Shown here one piece after another: positions 9,507-20,463 of a DNA stretch of 64,000 nucleotides. The notes under the pieces were generated by a model. That model ran no database searches, was not told the DNA's origin, and saw only the letters and a program-made list of their open reading frames with translations. Where the stretch lies: positions 64,001 through 128,000 of the forward strand of contig CAXXTF010000001.1 of the NCBI GenBank assembly GCA_963665775.2, written 5' to 3'. How positions within the stretch are numbered: the first letter of the stretch is position 1; every line of letters starts with the position of its first letter. Source of the stretch: Dehalococcoidia bacterium. GTDB lineage: Bacteria; Chloroflexota; Dehalococcoidia; SM23-28-2; RBG-16-64-32. The translations under genes were made by a program, and so were the position numbers.

Positions 9507-9917
9507 GTCGTCGATCAAGAGGGCTTCTGACCCGCCAGAACCAGGGTGGCGGCGGCCATCGGGTTGACCTCCTCCACCCAGGCTGGAGGAGGCGAAATCC
9601 GGCCAAAGCAGGTTCTCCGTCCGCAGACGTGCCCCTCTGGAACACGCCGTGATCGAAGCGAACGGCAGGCCTCATTCCCGCCGCCCACGAATATAAACTT
9701 GACACCAGGCAGCCGCCGCTGGCAGGCTTATCCCGCAACTCGAGAGCCAGAGCCGCGCCGGCCCGGCGGCGGGAGACCGTAGACTCAGGCGACAATCTTC
9801 TGCCCATATAGACTTCGACACGATGGCCAATCTCATAGCGCCCCGCGATTGTTGAGACCACCCAGGCCACGAGATGGCCGCCGATTCAAGGATGCCGACC
9901 CAGAAGGGAGATGTAGT

Positions 9918-11969
9918 ATGAAATGCCTGATCCTGGCTGCGGGCGATGGTGGCCGCATGTCCGGGATATGCGCCTCCAAACCCCTGCTCGCCGTCGCTGG
10001 CCTGCCGCTCATCGAGAGAAGCATCGCGACGGCGCAGCAGGCGGGCATTACGGAGTTCTATGTAGTCACCGGGTACGAAGCTGAGCCCCTCGAGGCGTTT
10101 TTAGCGGACCTGAGCCGGCGGCGGGGCGTGAGCATCACCCCCATCCGGAATCCGGAGTGGCGACTCGGCAACGGCAGCTCGCTCCTTAAAGGGAGGGAAC
10201 ATCTCCTCGATCCCTTCGTGCTGCTCATGGGCGATCACATCTTCGACGAAACGATCCTCAGGCAGCTAGTGCAGGAGCCGCTAGGAGAGGGAGAGGTCAT
10301 CCTCACCACCGATTTTCGAGTGGACGGGAACCGGCTCGTCGAACTCAACGATGTGACGAAGGTCCTGGTAGACGACCACCACCTCATCGGAATCGGCAAG
10401 AATATCGAAACGTACAACGCCTACGATACGGGCATCTTCCTCTGCTCTCCCGCAATCTTCACCGCGGTCGAGGAGAGCATGAGAGACGGCGACGCATCCG
10501 TTACGGGCGGTGTTCGCCGCCTGGCCGGTCAGGGAAAGGCGAAGGTGTTCGACGTCCAGGAGCGCTACTGGCTCGACGTCGACACCCCGCACGACGCCAA
10601 AAAGGCGGAGACGCTCCTGTACAGAAGCCTGGCCAAGCCGAACGATGGCTTCATCTCCCGAACGATCAACCGCAGAATCTCCACCACCATCTTCACGCCG
10701 CTGTTGCTTAGGCTGTACGAGCGCGTCACAGCGAATCAGGTCTCCGCCTTGAGTTTCGCCGTCAGTTTGGGCGCCAGCCTCTCCTTCTTCCTCGCCCTCC
10801 CCATTCTAGGCGGTCTCCTCATACAGACAGCCAGCATCTTGGACGGGAGTGACGGCGAGATCGCGCGGTTGAGGAAGATGCAGTCCCCTTTCGGAAACTT
10901 CTTCGATGCCGTGTTGGACCGTTATTCGGACGGCTTCATCCTGTTTGGCATGTTCTACTATTCGTTAACGGCCACGGCGATCGCGGGCCTGTTCGGAAGC
11001 GCCACAACCACCCTCGTCGTTGGCGCCTCGATGCTGGCTCTCATCGGCACGCTGATGGTGAGCTACACATCTGCCAGGTCGGTTACCGACTTCGGCTACC
11101 ATTACGGTGGCCAGTGGAGCGCCGCCGGTAAAGGGCGGGATCTGCGGCTGTTCGCTCTGGCCATTGGCGGCGTCGCCTCGTTCATCCACCCGGTATCCGT
11201 CTTCGTGGCGATCGTGGCCGTCGCTCTCCTCACAAGCGCTATCGTGGTGCGGCGCGTCTGGATCTCCTGGAACTACTGGCGCAGACCGAATCCTCTGATG
11301 GGCATCCAGCTCAAGGCGGTGATCTTCGACTTCGATGGCACGATAGCGGACACGATGCCCTTCCTATCGGGTTTGGCCGTCAACCTGATCACGGAAAACT
11401 ACGCCATCTCCGACGCGCAGGCCCGTAGGCGATATCTGGAAACAACCGGGCTGGACTTCTCCAGCCAGGTTGAAGCGATGTTTCCGCAACATCCCAGGAA
11501 CCGCGACGTGGTGGCCACCATGGAGGCCGGCAAGAGGAAGGGTATTCTTGGGCACCCACTGTTTGAGGAAGTTGTCCCCACTCTGAGCTTCTTCAAGGAG
11601 CGGAACGTCAAGCGGTTCATCTGTAGCAGTACGCAGGAGGCGATCGTCCGACAGTACGCCGCGAATACGGGAATCGACGGCCTGCTCGATGGCTGCTACG
11701 GCTACAGGCCCGGCTTCACCAAGGGTCAGCAGATCGAATTCGTTCTGCGACACCACCGCCTCCACCCGAGTGAGGTCATCTTCGTTGGCGACTCGCTTAT
11801 GGATTGCGAGTTCGCGAGAGGCCAGGACGTTCAGTTCATCGCGATCTGCCGGCTCTTCGAGGAACAGGACTTCCGGCAGCGAGGGCTGTCCACCGTTCGC
11901 GACCTGACGGCGCTCACGCAGGAGTGGCAACAGTCGCAGGATGTTATCCGGCTCGCTGACCGGCCATAG
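9918..11969 (+). CDS. Three-domain fusion: NTP transferase (IPCT-like) + CDP-alcohol phosphotransferase (DIPPS-like) + HAD phosphatase
   Basis: LILAAGDGGRM..SKPLL and WLDVDTP; DGSDGEIAR-x8-G-x3-D-x3-D; DFDGT, CSS, K, GDSLMD. Confidence 0.88.
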   Translation: MKCLILAAGDGGRMSGICASKPLLAVAGLPLIERSIATAQQAGITEFYVVTGYEAEPLEAFLADLSRRRGVSITPIRNPEWRLGNGSSLLKGREHLLDPFVLLMGDHIFDETILRQLVQEPLGEGEVILTTDFRVDGNRLVELNDVTKVLVDDHHLIGIGKNIETYNAYDTGIFLCSPAIFTAVEESMRDGDASVTGGVRRLAGQGKAKVFDVQERYWLDVDTPHDAKKAETLLYRSLAKPNDGFISRTINRRISTTIFTPLLLRLYERVTANQVSALSFAVSLGASLSFFLALPILGGLLIQTASILDGSDGEIARLRKMQSPFGNFFDAVLDRYSDGFILFGMFYYSLTATAIAGLFGSATTTLVVGASMLALIGTLMVSYTSARSVTDFGYHYGGQWSAAGKGRDLRLFALAIGGVASFIHPVSVFVAIVAVALLTSAIVVRRVWISWNYWRRPNPLMGIQLKAVIFDFDGTIADTMPFLSGLAVNLITENYAISDAQARRRYLETTGLDFSSQVEAMFPQHPRNRDVVATMEAGKRKGILGHPLFEEVVPTLSFFKERNVKRFICSSTQEAIVRQYAANTGIDGLLDGCYGYRPGFTKGQQIEFVLRHHRLHPSEVIFVGDSLMDCEFARGQDVQFIAICRLFEEQDFRQRGLSTVRDLTALTQEWQQSQDVIRLADRP

Positions 11970-12005
11970 AGAGCGGAAGGGCAGTACCCTGAGAAGGTCG
12001 GGGCG

Positions 12006-12392
12006 CTAGCTCCCCTTCGGGGGCGGTGGCGGCTCAACTCTCCCCCGCTCGATCAGCGCCTGGAGGAGATCGTCCGTCTTGGCGCTCATGATGAGGTCGT
12101 TGCGGTGGAGGTCGCGAATCTTGTGGGTCCACCAGGTGACCGTAACCTTACCCCATTCGGTGACTAGGCGAGGGTGGTGAGCCTCCTCCTCGGCGATCTC
12201 AGCGACGGCGTCCGTAAACGCTACCGCCTGAACGAAGTCGCGGAAACGGAAGGCCCGCTGAATCTTACGGATCCCATCCTCGCTGACCAGCTCCCATTCG
12301 GGCACCTGAGGATGAAGCTCGGCGATCTCCTCATCGGTGACATGCGGGGCATCAGCCCGGCAGGCGACACACTTCTCCTGGGTCAATACCAT
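12006..12392 (-). CDS. Pterin-4-alpha-carbinolamine dehydratase
   Basis: EEEAHHP, VTWWTH, NDLIMSAK motifs. Confidence 0.9.
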   Translation of the reverse strand: MVLTQEKCVACRADAPHVTDEEIAELHPQVPEWELVSEDGIRKIQRAFRFRDFVQAVAFTDAVAEIAEEEAHHPRLVTEWGKVTVTWWTHKIRDLHRNDLIMSAKTDDLLQALIERGRVEPPPPPKGS

Positions 12393-12659
12393 GACGCTCA
12401 CCCCTCCAGACACGCGCTCGGCCACGGTGCCGCAAGCGATAACCGGGACCGGCTGAGTTCCGAATTATAGGATGTGGTCTCCACCGCTAGAAGTCAACCA
12501 AGCCTATCGACTCATCCCCTCTAGACACCCAGGTACTTGGTGTACGGAAAGCCACCGACCGGGTACCCGGCCACCGCGAGTTTAAGTGTGGTCGGCGTAT
12601 AATACAATGGTCATGCCAACGGTGGCACTTTCCCATGTGACCGAATTCATCGGCCAGAG

Positions 12660-13035
12660 ATGGCCAAGATAGGCAGACGCGTCCGGGCTGTCTTTTTCGA
12701 CCTAGACGAGACGCTCCTGGACGACGACCGTGGCATGCGCGAGTCTGTAACGGGCGTGTGCGCGACCCTGGGCCAATGCTACCCAGCGATAGATGCTAGA
12801 GAGCTCGAGGCCGGCCACTTATCTCCGCGTTGCGGATGAGGCCTGGACTAGTTTCGGCAACGTGCCCCCCGTCTCTGGAAGACAGTTACGTGTGGACTTG
12901 TGGGGCACGGCGCTCGCGCACTGTGGCCTGCCCGATCGACCGCTGGCCGTGGAGGGCGCGGACCTCTACAGCCACGAGCGCAGGGTGAGCTACCGCCTGT
13001 TTCCCGACGTTCGAGAGCTCCTGAATGCACTCGGC
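12660..13035 (+). pseudogene. HAD-family hydrolase, frameshifted and 3'-truncated
   Basis: RAVFFDLDETLLD start. A GGCC duplication at 12809-12816 shifts the frame, which resumes TYLRVADEAW...LFPDVRELLNAL and then breaks. Confidence 0.75.
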
Positions 13036-13192
13036 CCAGGACGAACACCCCGCAGCGGTGCCGTTCGACCTCGGGCTCAACGAACTCCCTCAGGTAGACG
13101 ACCCTCCCGGGTTCAACATGGAGACCAGTGTCCTCGAAGGTCTCCCGTTTCGCGCATTCAAGAAGCGACTCTTCCCCCTCGATCCCACCACC
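13034..13192 (-). pseudogene. Nudix hydrolase internal fragment
   Basis: Minus strand GGGIEGEESLLECAKRETFEDTGLHVEPGRVVYLREF is a Nudix box; no start and no native C-terminus. Confidence 0.75.
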
Positions 13193-13229
13193 GGCTTCAC
13201 GGTGGGGTCAAGATTTCAGATACGAAAAC

Positions 13230-13305
13230 TGGGGCCCCGGGCGGGACTCGAACCCGCGACAAACGGTTTAGGAAACCGTTGCTCTATCCCCTGAGCTACC
13301 GGGGC
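13230..13305 (-). tRNA. tRNA-Arg(CCT)
   Basis: GCCCCGGTAGCTCAGGGGATAGAGCAACGGTTT-CCT-AAACCGTTTGTCGCGGGTTCGAGTCCCGCCCGGGGCCCCA. Confidence 0.95.
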
Positions 13306-13369
13306 CTGTGGTCATTCTAGATACAAAACTTGGGCTGTGGCTAGAGCGTCCCTGCTCCCTCGACAGTAC

Positions 13370-13462
13370 GGCCTGGGCTGCCATCAGGGAGGCGCTGGCG
13401 TGGCGCAAGTCATGGTAGCGCATTCCGGGAACGCCTGCGACACCCAGCAGCTTGCGCAATCG
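13370..13462 (-). pseudogene. Tyrosine recombinase (phage integrase) fragment
   Basis: RLRKLLGVAGVPGMRYHDLRHASASLMAAQ contains the HDLRH box II motif; the rest of the gene is absent. Confidence 0.75.
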
Positions 13463-13619
13463 TCGGCTGACGTGGAAGCCACAGAAGCCACAAAGAAGGC
13501 AGCCTCTTTCGTCGGTAACCATCAGATCTCCCCACGCGTAGCCCGCTGTGTGAGGGGGGCTACGCTCCCGCCCCGCGACCGGGGCCCCAGTGAGTCCAAG
13601 ACTCCCCGCCGTGCCTGCC

Positions 13620-14552
13620 TCAGTTAATGCAAGCCGGGTCCTTGGTCACAAACGTGTTGAACTTCCAGACGTTGTTATCGCAGTTTTCTTGAAAATCGAA
13701 CAGGTCTGTGTCGTTGTCCAACGCTGTGTTGAACTTGTAGGTGTTGTCGTTGGCACCGAAGTTGTTGACTATCCCATCGTCGGTGTTCCCGATAGCGGAG
13801 TTGAGCAGGAAAACATTGAAATCCCCTGAAATGCTGAACCCGAAAATCGTGTTTCCGTTCGCCGAGTTGTGCCAGAAGAAGTTATCGTTGCCAACTATTA
13901 AGAACCCGTCAAGGAGGTTACCATCGGCAGTGTTGTCGTATAGGTAGTTGCGATTACTGAAGAAGACCTGAATCCCGTGTAGATCGTTGCCGTCAGACCT
14001 GTTCCGCTTTAGCGTATTGTAGCTGCCGTTCACCAGGATGCCCGTGCCGTCGTTGTCATGGACGTTATTGTCTTCGATTCGATTGCGCTTGCTGTTCACC
14101 ACTATGCCGGCATCGGTGATCGCGCTGTCCGTGATCTCCAGTCCTCGCACCCTGTGGTAGCCATACCCCCCTACCACCACGCCTTCCCGGCAGTCAGTGA
14201 TGAGGCCGTTCTTAACGGTGGCGTACCAACCCTCAATCTCAATCCCGTTGTTGGACGGGTTGTTGCAGTGCACCTCATAACCGTTCAGGTTCAGGACAGC
14301 GGGGCCCACAACCGTCAGGGCCGGGTCCGTGTCGCAGTTCAAGTCGGCGTCGAGCGAAACGTACTCCCAGGGGCCGATGGTGTCACCGCAGCTGACGCCG
14401 TTTACCCCGGCGTGTGCTGATGGCGAGTCGGTAGCGAAGGCACCCCCGATGACCGCCAATCCCAGAATCGCTCCCAAGACCAAAAGAATGCGCAGTTGGC
14501 TCCCTAATAACAGAGAAAATCGCCATTGTCTGCCTCCTGCCGTAGCGGACAT
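13620..14552 (-). CDS. Secreted right-handed parallel beta-helix repeat protein (NosD/pectin-lyase-like)
   Basis: Signal/TM segment; SCGDTI, LDADLNC, LNLNGY, Asn-rich GIxV...N repeats; lower GC. Confidence 0.85.
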   Translation of the reverse strand: MSATAGGRQWRFSLLLGSQLRILLVLGAILGLAVIGGAFATDSPSAHAGVNGVSCGDTIGPWEYVSLDADLNCDTDPALTVVGPAVLNLNGYEVHCNNPSNNGIEIEGWYATVKNGLITDCREGVVVGGYGYHRVRGLEITDSAITDAGIVVNSKRNRIEDNNVHDNDGTGILVNGSYNTLKRNRSDGNDLHGIQVFFSNRNYLYDNTADGNLLDGFLIVGNDNFFWHNSANGNTIFGFSISGDFNVFLLNSAIGNTDDGIVNNFGANDNTYKFNTALDNDTDLFDFQENCDNNVWKFNTFVTKDPACIN

Positions 14553-14942
14553 CGTGACTTGTGGTTCAGGCGAAGACTTCCGTTATGGAAACGTCACTCT
14601 CTAGCCTGAGTTACCGCAACAATAACACCGGTGGCGGAAACCCGGAAGTCGCCTTACGAAGTTGTTCGGCATTTCCTTGACCCCGTCGCCCCCACGCCCT
14701 CGCATAAACCCTCCGCTGCCGTCCGTCAGTGACGTGCAGGTAGATGGCTGTCGTTGAAGGGTTGGCGAGGCCCACCAGGTGTTGCAGTACGCGCGTAATT
14801 CTTCGCGTATGCGTCGGCCCAGGGTGTTCACTCCCTCTGATGGTAGACGTGCCCTCTACGGGGCGCTAGACTTGCATCACCAAAGACGGCTTCAACATCT
14901 GTGTATGGTCATGAGCGTGCTAGACAGTGCGAGGAGGCTCTT

Positions 14943-15575
14943 TTGAGGAGATGGACGGTTGCCGTGGGCCTGGCCCTGCTCGCCGTAATGATTACGGGTG
15001 TCGCTTGTGGCGGGGATGATGAAGAGATGCCCACAACCGGCACCCCAACGATAGGCCCCACGCCCACTGCGCAAACGACGCCTCAGACAACAGCTACACC
15101 CACGGCTAGCCCAATATCGACTCCGACACCCGAACAGACATCTTCGCCAACCGCCACGCCGACTGGAGCCGAACCCGCCGATGTCGACGCTTGCGAACTC
15201 GTCACAGACGACTTCGTCGGGCGGATCTTCGGGCGACCGGTAGAGTCCGTGGACCGGGGTCTTGGCGGCGAGGGAGGCCCGAAAGACGTCTGCTACTACC
15301 ACTTCGATGAATCCTCGGAGGTTATCCTGCGAGTCATCATCTCCGACGGTGAGGCCTACTACGATCGCGCCGCCTTCGGAGAGGAAGTCTCCGGCTTGGG
15401 CGATCGGGCGAATTGGAACGAAGGGGCTAGGACGCTGCTTGTGCTCCAAGATGGCAATGGGATAGAGGTTGCGATATCGCCATCGGTGCTTCCGGGCGCG
15501 AGCCTAGACGTGCTATTCGAGATAGCGAAGAGCATGGCCGTGGATGCTATCTTTTCCGGCCTCCTACCTAACTGA
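14943..15575 (+). CDS. Putative lipoprotein with Pro/Thr-rich linker (DUF3558-like)
   Basis: RBS GAGGAGG then TTG; lipobox GVAC-GG; DACELVT, VSGLGDRA. Confidence 0.75.
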   Translation: MRRWTVAVGLALLAVMITGVACGGDDEEMPTTGTPTIGPTPTAQTTPQTTATPTASPISTPTPEQTSSPTATPTGAEPADVDACELVTDDFVGRIFGRPVESVDRGLGGEGGPKDVCYYHFDESSEVILRVIISDGEAYYDRAAFGEEVSGLGDRANWNEGARTLLVLQDGNGIEVAISPSVLPGASLDVLFEIAKSMAVDAIFSGLLPN

Positions 15576-15857
15576 GCTACCGGGGTCTAACCCTATTCTA
15601 GATACAATACCGCCTCTTTGGCCACCGATCTTCCTCACACCGACAGCCATTCGACAGCCGCGGTTACGTCCGCTCCTCGACGAAGTGCCCCGTCATCGAC
15701 TCGGAAGCGGACGCCCTGAGCCAGCATTAAGGAGGAGGGGGCCTCTCTCAAGTCGATCATCGACGCGGTTTTCCGGCGCGGCAGGCGCCTGAAGTATGAT
15801 TTCTCCTTCTCTGATCGTCTGTTATCATTAGGTGCGTCCCGCCGAGGCGGGACCGTT

Positions 15858-17555
15858 ATGGCAGGTAAATACCGGGCCGGAGAAACGATTTCGTCGCTGC
15901 GGGCACTTGTGTTCGCGGTAGCGCTAAGTCTGGCCCTGATCGCTGTACTCGTCCCCGTCCTCCCCGGCGAGGCTCCCCTTCAGGAAGGCGAGGCAGCCTA
16001 CAAGACCTTCCAGATAGACGGCCAAGTCATCGTTGAGATAGGCCGCACCGTCTTCGAGGCGGACCTGAGCGCGATCAAGAACGCCAGCCTGCTGGACAAC
16101 CGTCTGAACGCTGAAGACATAGCGGCGGCCGTGATCGTCGCCATTCTTAGCGGCGCCACCATGGGGCTCTACCTCTACCGGTTCCAGCCGAGGGAGGTGA
16201 CCACCGTGTCCCGGCTGGCGATGGTGGCGTTGTTGCTGGTGCTATGGGTAGCTGCGGCCAAGGTATTCCTGACGCTGACGCTGCCGGATCAGGACCGGCT
16301 ATTCCTGGGCTACCTACTGCCCATGGCCGCCGCCCCCATGCTCATCGCCACCCTGCTGGACGGGGGCCTGGCGATGACCATGGCCGGGCTGCTCGCCGTC
16401 CTGGGCACCTTCGCCGGCTTCTACATGCCGGACGCGCGGGCTCCCCTGGTCGGCGAGCCACTGATAGCATTTCAGATGGCGGTTGCCTTCTTCCTGGGAA
16501 GCCTCGCCGGCATCTTCGCCATCCACCGGGCAGAGCGCGTGAACCGGTATCTGGTGGCCGGCGCCGGCGTGGCCCTGGTGACATTCGCTGTGCTGATGTC
16601 GTTCTGGCTGCTGCTGCCGGAGCGAGAGGGCGTGGACGTGGTCTGGATGCTGGCCGTCTCGGTCCTGGGCGGGGTCGGCTCGGCCATCATCACGGTGGGA
16701 GCGACAGTGGTACTCGGGCTTATGTTCGGCGTCACCACTCGCATCCAGCTCATGGAGCTGGCACAGATCAGCCACCCCCTGCTGCGCGATCTGCAAGAGA
16801 AGGCACCCGGAACCTTCCATCACAGCGTCATCGTGGGGAACCTGGCCGAACGGGCGGCGGACCTGACCGGGGCGGACTCCCTTCTGGTGCGGGTCGGCTC
16901 CTACTTTCACGATATCGGCAAGATCGGCAAGCCCGGCTACTACATCGAGAACCAGCTTCAAGGCGATAATCCACACGATAGGCTGGCGCCGGGCGCCAGC
17001 GCCAAGATCGTGGCGGAGCACGTCCGGCACGGGATAGAGCTGTCCCGGCGCTACCACCTGCCGGCCGGCGTGCGCGCCTTTATCCCGGAACACCACGGGA
17101 CGCGGCTGATCACCTACTTCTACCGAAAGGCGAGCGCTGAGAACCCAACCGTGAATCCGGAGAGTTTCCGCTACCCTGGACCGAAGCCCCAGAGCAAGGA
17201 GACCGCCATCGTTATGCTGGCCGACTCGGTGGAGGCGATCATTCGCTCCAGCCATGACCGCTCGCCCGAAGTGATCGACACGCTCGTGGACGGCGTGATC
17301 AGAGAGCGAATGGCGGAAGGACAGCTTGACGCCAGCGACCTGACCCTGCGCGACCTGAGGATCATCGGCGACTCGTTCAAGGCGACCTTGAGTGGCGTCT
17401 ACCACAGCCGCATCGAGTACCCGGCGCCCACAGAGGCCGAGCGGCAGGCGACAGGCGGCCATGCGGGTCCCGAGGACGCGCCCTTTATGCGGCCGCCACC
17501 GGGCCCCATGGATGGCGCTACGCCGCCGGCGGAGGTGGAGCGGCCGACACGCTAG
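15858..17555 (+). CDS. 7TM-HD (HDIG) phosphohydrolase, PgpH-like c-di-AMP phosphodiesterase
   Basis: Multi-TM region; APGTFHHS, YFHDIGK, EHHGT, FRYPGPKP, MLADSVEA. Confidence 0.88.
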   Translation: MAGKYRAGETISSLRALVFAVALSLALIAVLVPVLPGEAPLQEGEAAYKTFQIDGQVIVEIGRTVFEADLSAIKNASLLDNRLNAEDIAAAVIVAILSGATMGLYLYRFQPREVTTVSRLAMVALLLVLWVAAAKVFLTLTLPDQDRLFLGYLLPMAAAPMLIATLLDGGLAMTMAGLLAVLGTFAGFYMPDARAPLVGEPLIAFQMAVAFFLGSLAGIFAIHRAERVNRYLVAGAGVALVTFAVLMSFWLLLPEREGVDVVWMLAVSVLGGVGSAIITVGATVVLGLMFGVTTRIQLMELAQISHPLLRDLQEKAPGTFHHSVIVGNLAERAADLTGADSLLVRVGSYFHDIGKIGKPGYYIENQLQGDNPHDRLAPGASAKIVAEHVRHGIELSRRYHLPAGVRAFIPEHHGTRLITYFYRKASAENPTVNPESFRYPGPKPQSKETAIVMLADSVEAIIRSSHDRSPEVIDTLVDGVIRERMAEGQLDASDLTLRDLRIIGDSFKATLSGVYHSRIEYPAPTEAERQATGGHAGPEDAPFMRPPPGPMDGATPPAEVERPTR

Positions 17556-17559
17556 GGGG

Positions 17560-19464
<1,905 letters not shown>

Positions 19465-19473
<9 letters not shown>

Positions 19474-19576
19474 GGGGCGTGCTCCTTCGGGTCGAGGGCC
19501 AGAATTGGGCCACAGATTGGCACAGATGGGTCACAGATTGTTTTACGAATAGTTTAGGCATGGGGCGTTACTCCTT
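19465..19576. repeat. Duplicated dnaK RBS/start region enclosing 3x CACAGAT
   Basis: TTTAGGCATGGGGCGT(g/ta)CTCCTTC at 19465 and 19553; CACAGAT at 19511, 19521, 19532. Confidence 0.8.
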
Positions 19577-19724
19577 CTTCTGGGGCGGAACAAGGAAGAG
19601 GGACGGGGAAAGAAGGCCCCCGTTTCCCTCCCTTCGCTTGTTCTGTGCTCAAACGTTATCACTTTCATCCCAGCCGCTGTAGGTATGGGTCTTGAGCCCT
19701 GCCCCACCACGGCAGCATACGTTT

Positions 19725-19790
19725 AATTCTGAGCGAAGCGAAGAATCTTTTAGGGGGTGGGCGAGATGCTTCGCTGCGCTCAGCATGACA
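19725..19790. repeat. REP-like inverted repeat pair
   Basis: CTGAGCGAAGCGAAGAATCT ... AGATGCTTCGCTGCGCTCAG(CATGACA). Confidence 0.75.
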
Positions 19791-19801
19791 GAGCCTGACC
19801 G

Positions 19802-19824
19802 GCAGGCCTAAAGGCCTGCAGCTA
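19802..19824. repeat. REP-like palindrome (GCAGGCCT-AA-AGGCCTGC)
   Basis: Perfect hairpin at the grpE stop; related to 44467-44521. Confidence 0.6.
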
Positions 19825-20442
19825 TGACGGCTTGTCCTCCTTCGTCTCGCCTTCCGCCTTCTCCTCGCCCTCCGCCTTTGCCTCGCCTTCCGCGGCCTTC
19901 TCCTCGCCCTCAGGCGGCTTCTCACCCTCGGCCTCCCCCTTCCCCTTGCCCACCACCACCATCGCCGGGCGCAGGACGCGGTCTTGCAGCTTGTAGCCGC
20001 GCTGCACCTCGGCCAGCACCTTCCCCTCCTCGCCCTCGGCGTGCGTCACCGCCTCGTGCTCGCGGGGGTCGAACTGCTGACCCACCGCCTGGATGACGGT
20101 GACGCCGGCGTTCTCCAGGATCATCTGTAGCTTGCGATAGATCAGCCGCATTCCGTCGAACCAGGTGAGGCCGGCCAGGCGGTGGTCCAGGGAGCCGAAA
20201 GCGCGCTCGAAGTCGTCCAGGATGGGAAGGAGGTTGATGACGAGCGAAGCCAGGACGAAGCGGCGGCTCTCGTCGCGCTCCTGCTCGGTGCGTCGCTTGT
20301 AGTTCTGGAAGTCGGCCTGGGCCCGCTGCCAGTTGGCCAGGTACTTCTGGGCATCCTCCTTCGCCCTCCCGAGTTGGGCCTCGACGGGCTCATCCTCTGC
20401 GGAAGGCTCGACGGGCTCAGGCTGACGGATATCCTTATCCAT
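19822..20442 (-). CDS. grpE: Nucleotide exchange factor GrpE
   Basis: ADFQNYKRR, FDPREHEA, RVLRPAMVVV. Confidence 0.97.
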   Translation of the reverse strand: MDKDIRQPEPVEPSAEDEPVEAQLGRAKEDAQKYLANWQRAQADFQNYKRRTEQERDESRRFVLASLVINLLPILDDFERAFGSLDHRLAGLTWFDGMRLIYRKLQMILENAGVTVIQAVGQQFDPREHEAVTHAEGEEGKVLAEVQRGYKLQDRVLRPAMVVVGKGKGEAEGEKPPEGEEKAAEGEAKAEGEEKAEGETKEDKPS

Positions 20443-20463
20443 CTCTCCTCCTGAAGATCGGGG

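Larger units (their letters stand above)
13291..15607. mobile_element. Decayed ~2.3 kb integrated element bounded by 36-bp imperfect direct repeats of the tRNA-Arg 5' end plus upstream sequence
   Basis: CTGAGCTACCGGGG-N9-ATTCTAGATACAA at 13291-13326 and 15572-15607; integrase fragment just inside the left repeat. Confidence 0.65.

Noticed and set aside
9548-9885. MITE bounded by GGCGGCCATC/GATGGCCGCC
   Set aside because: A 10-bp GC-rich match is compatible with chance; no target duplication seen
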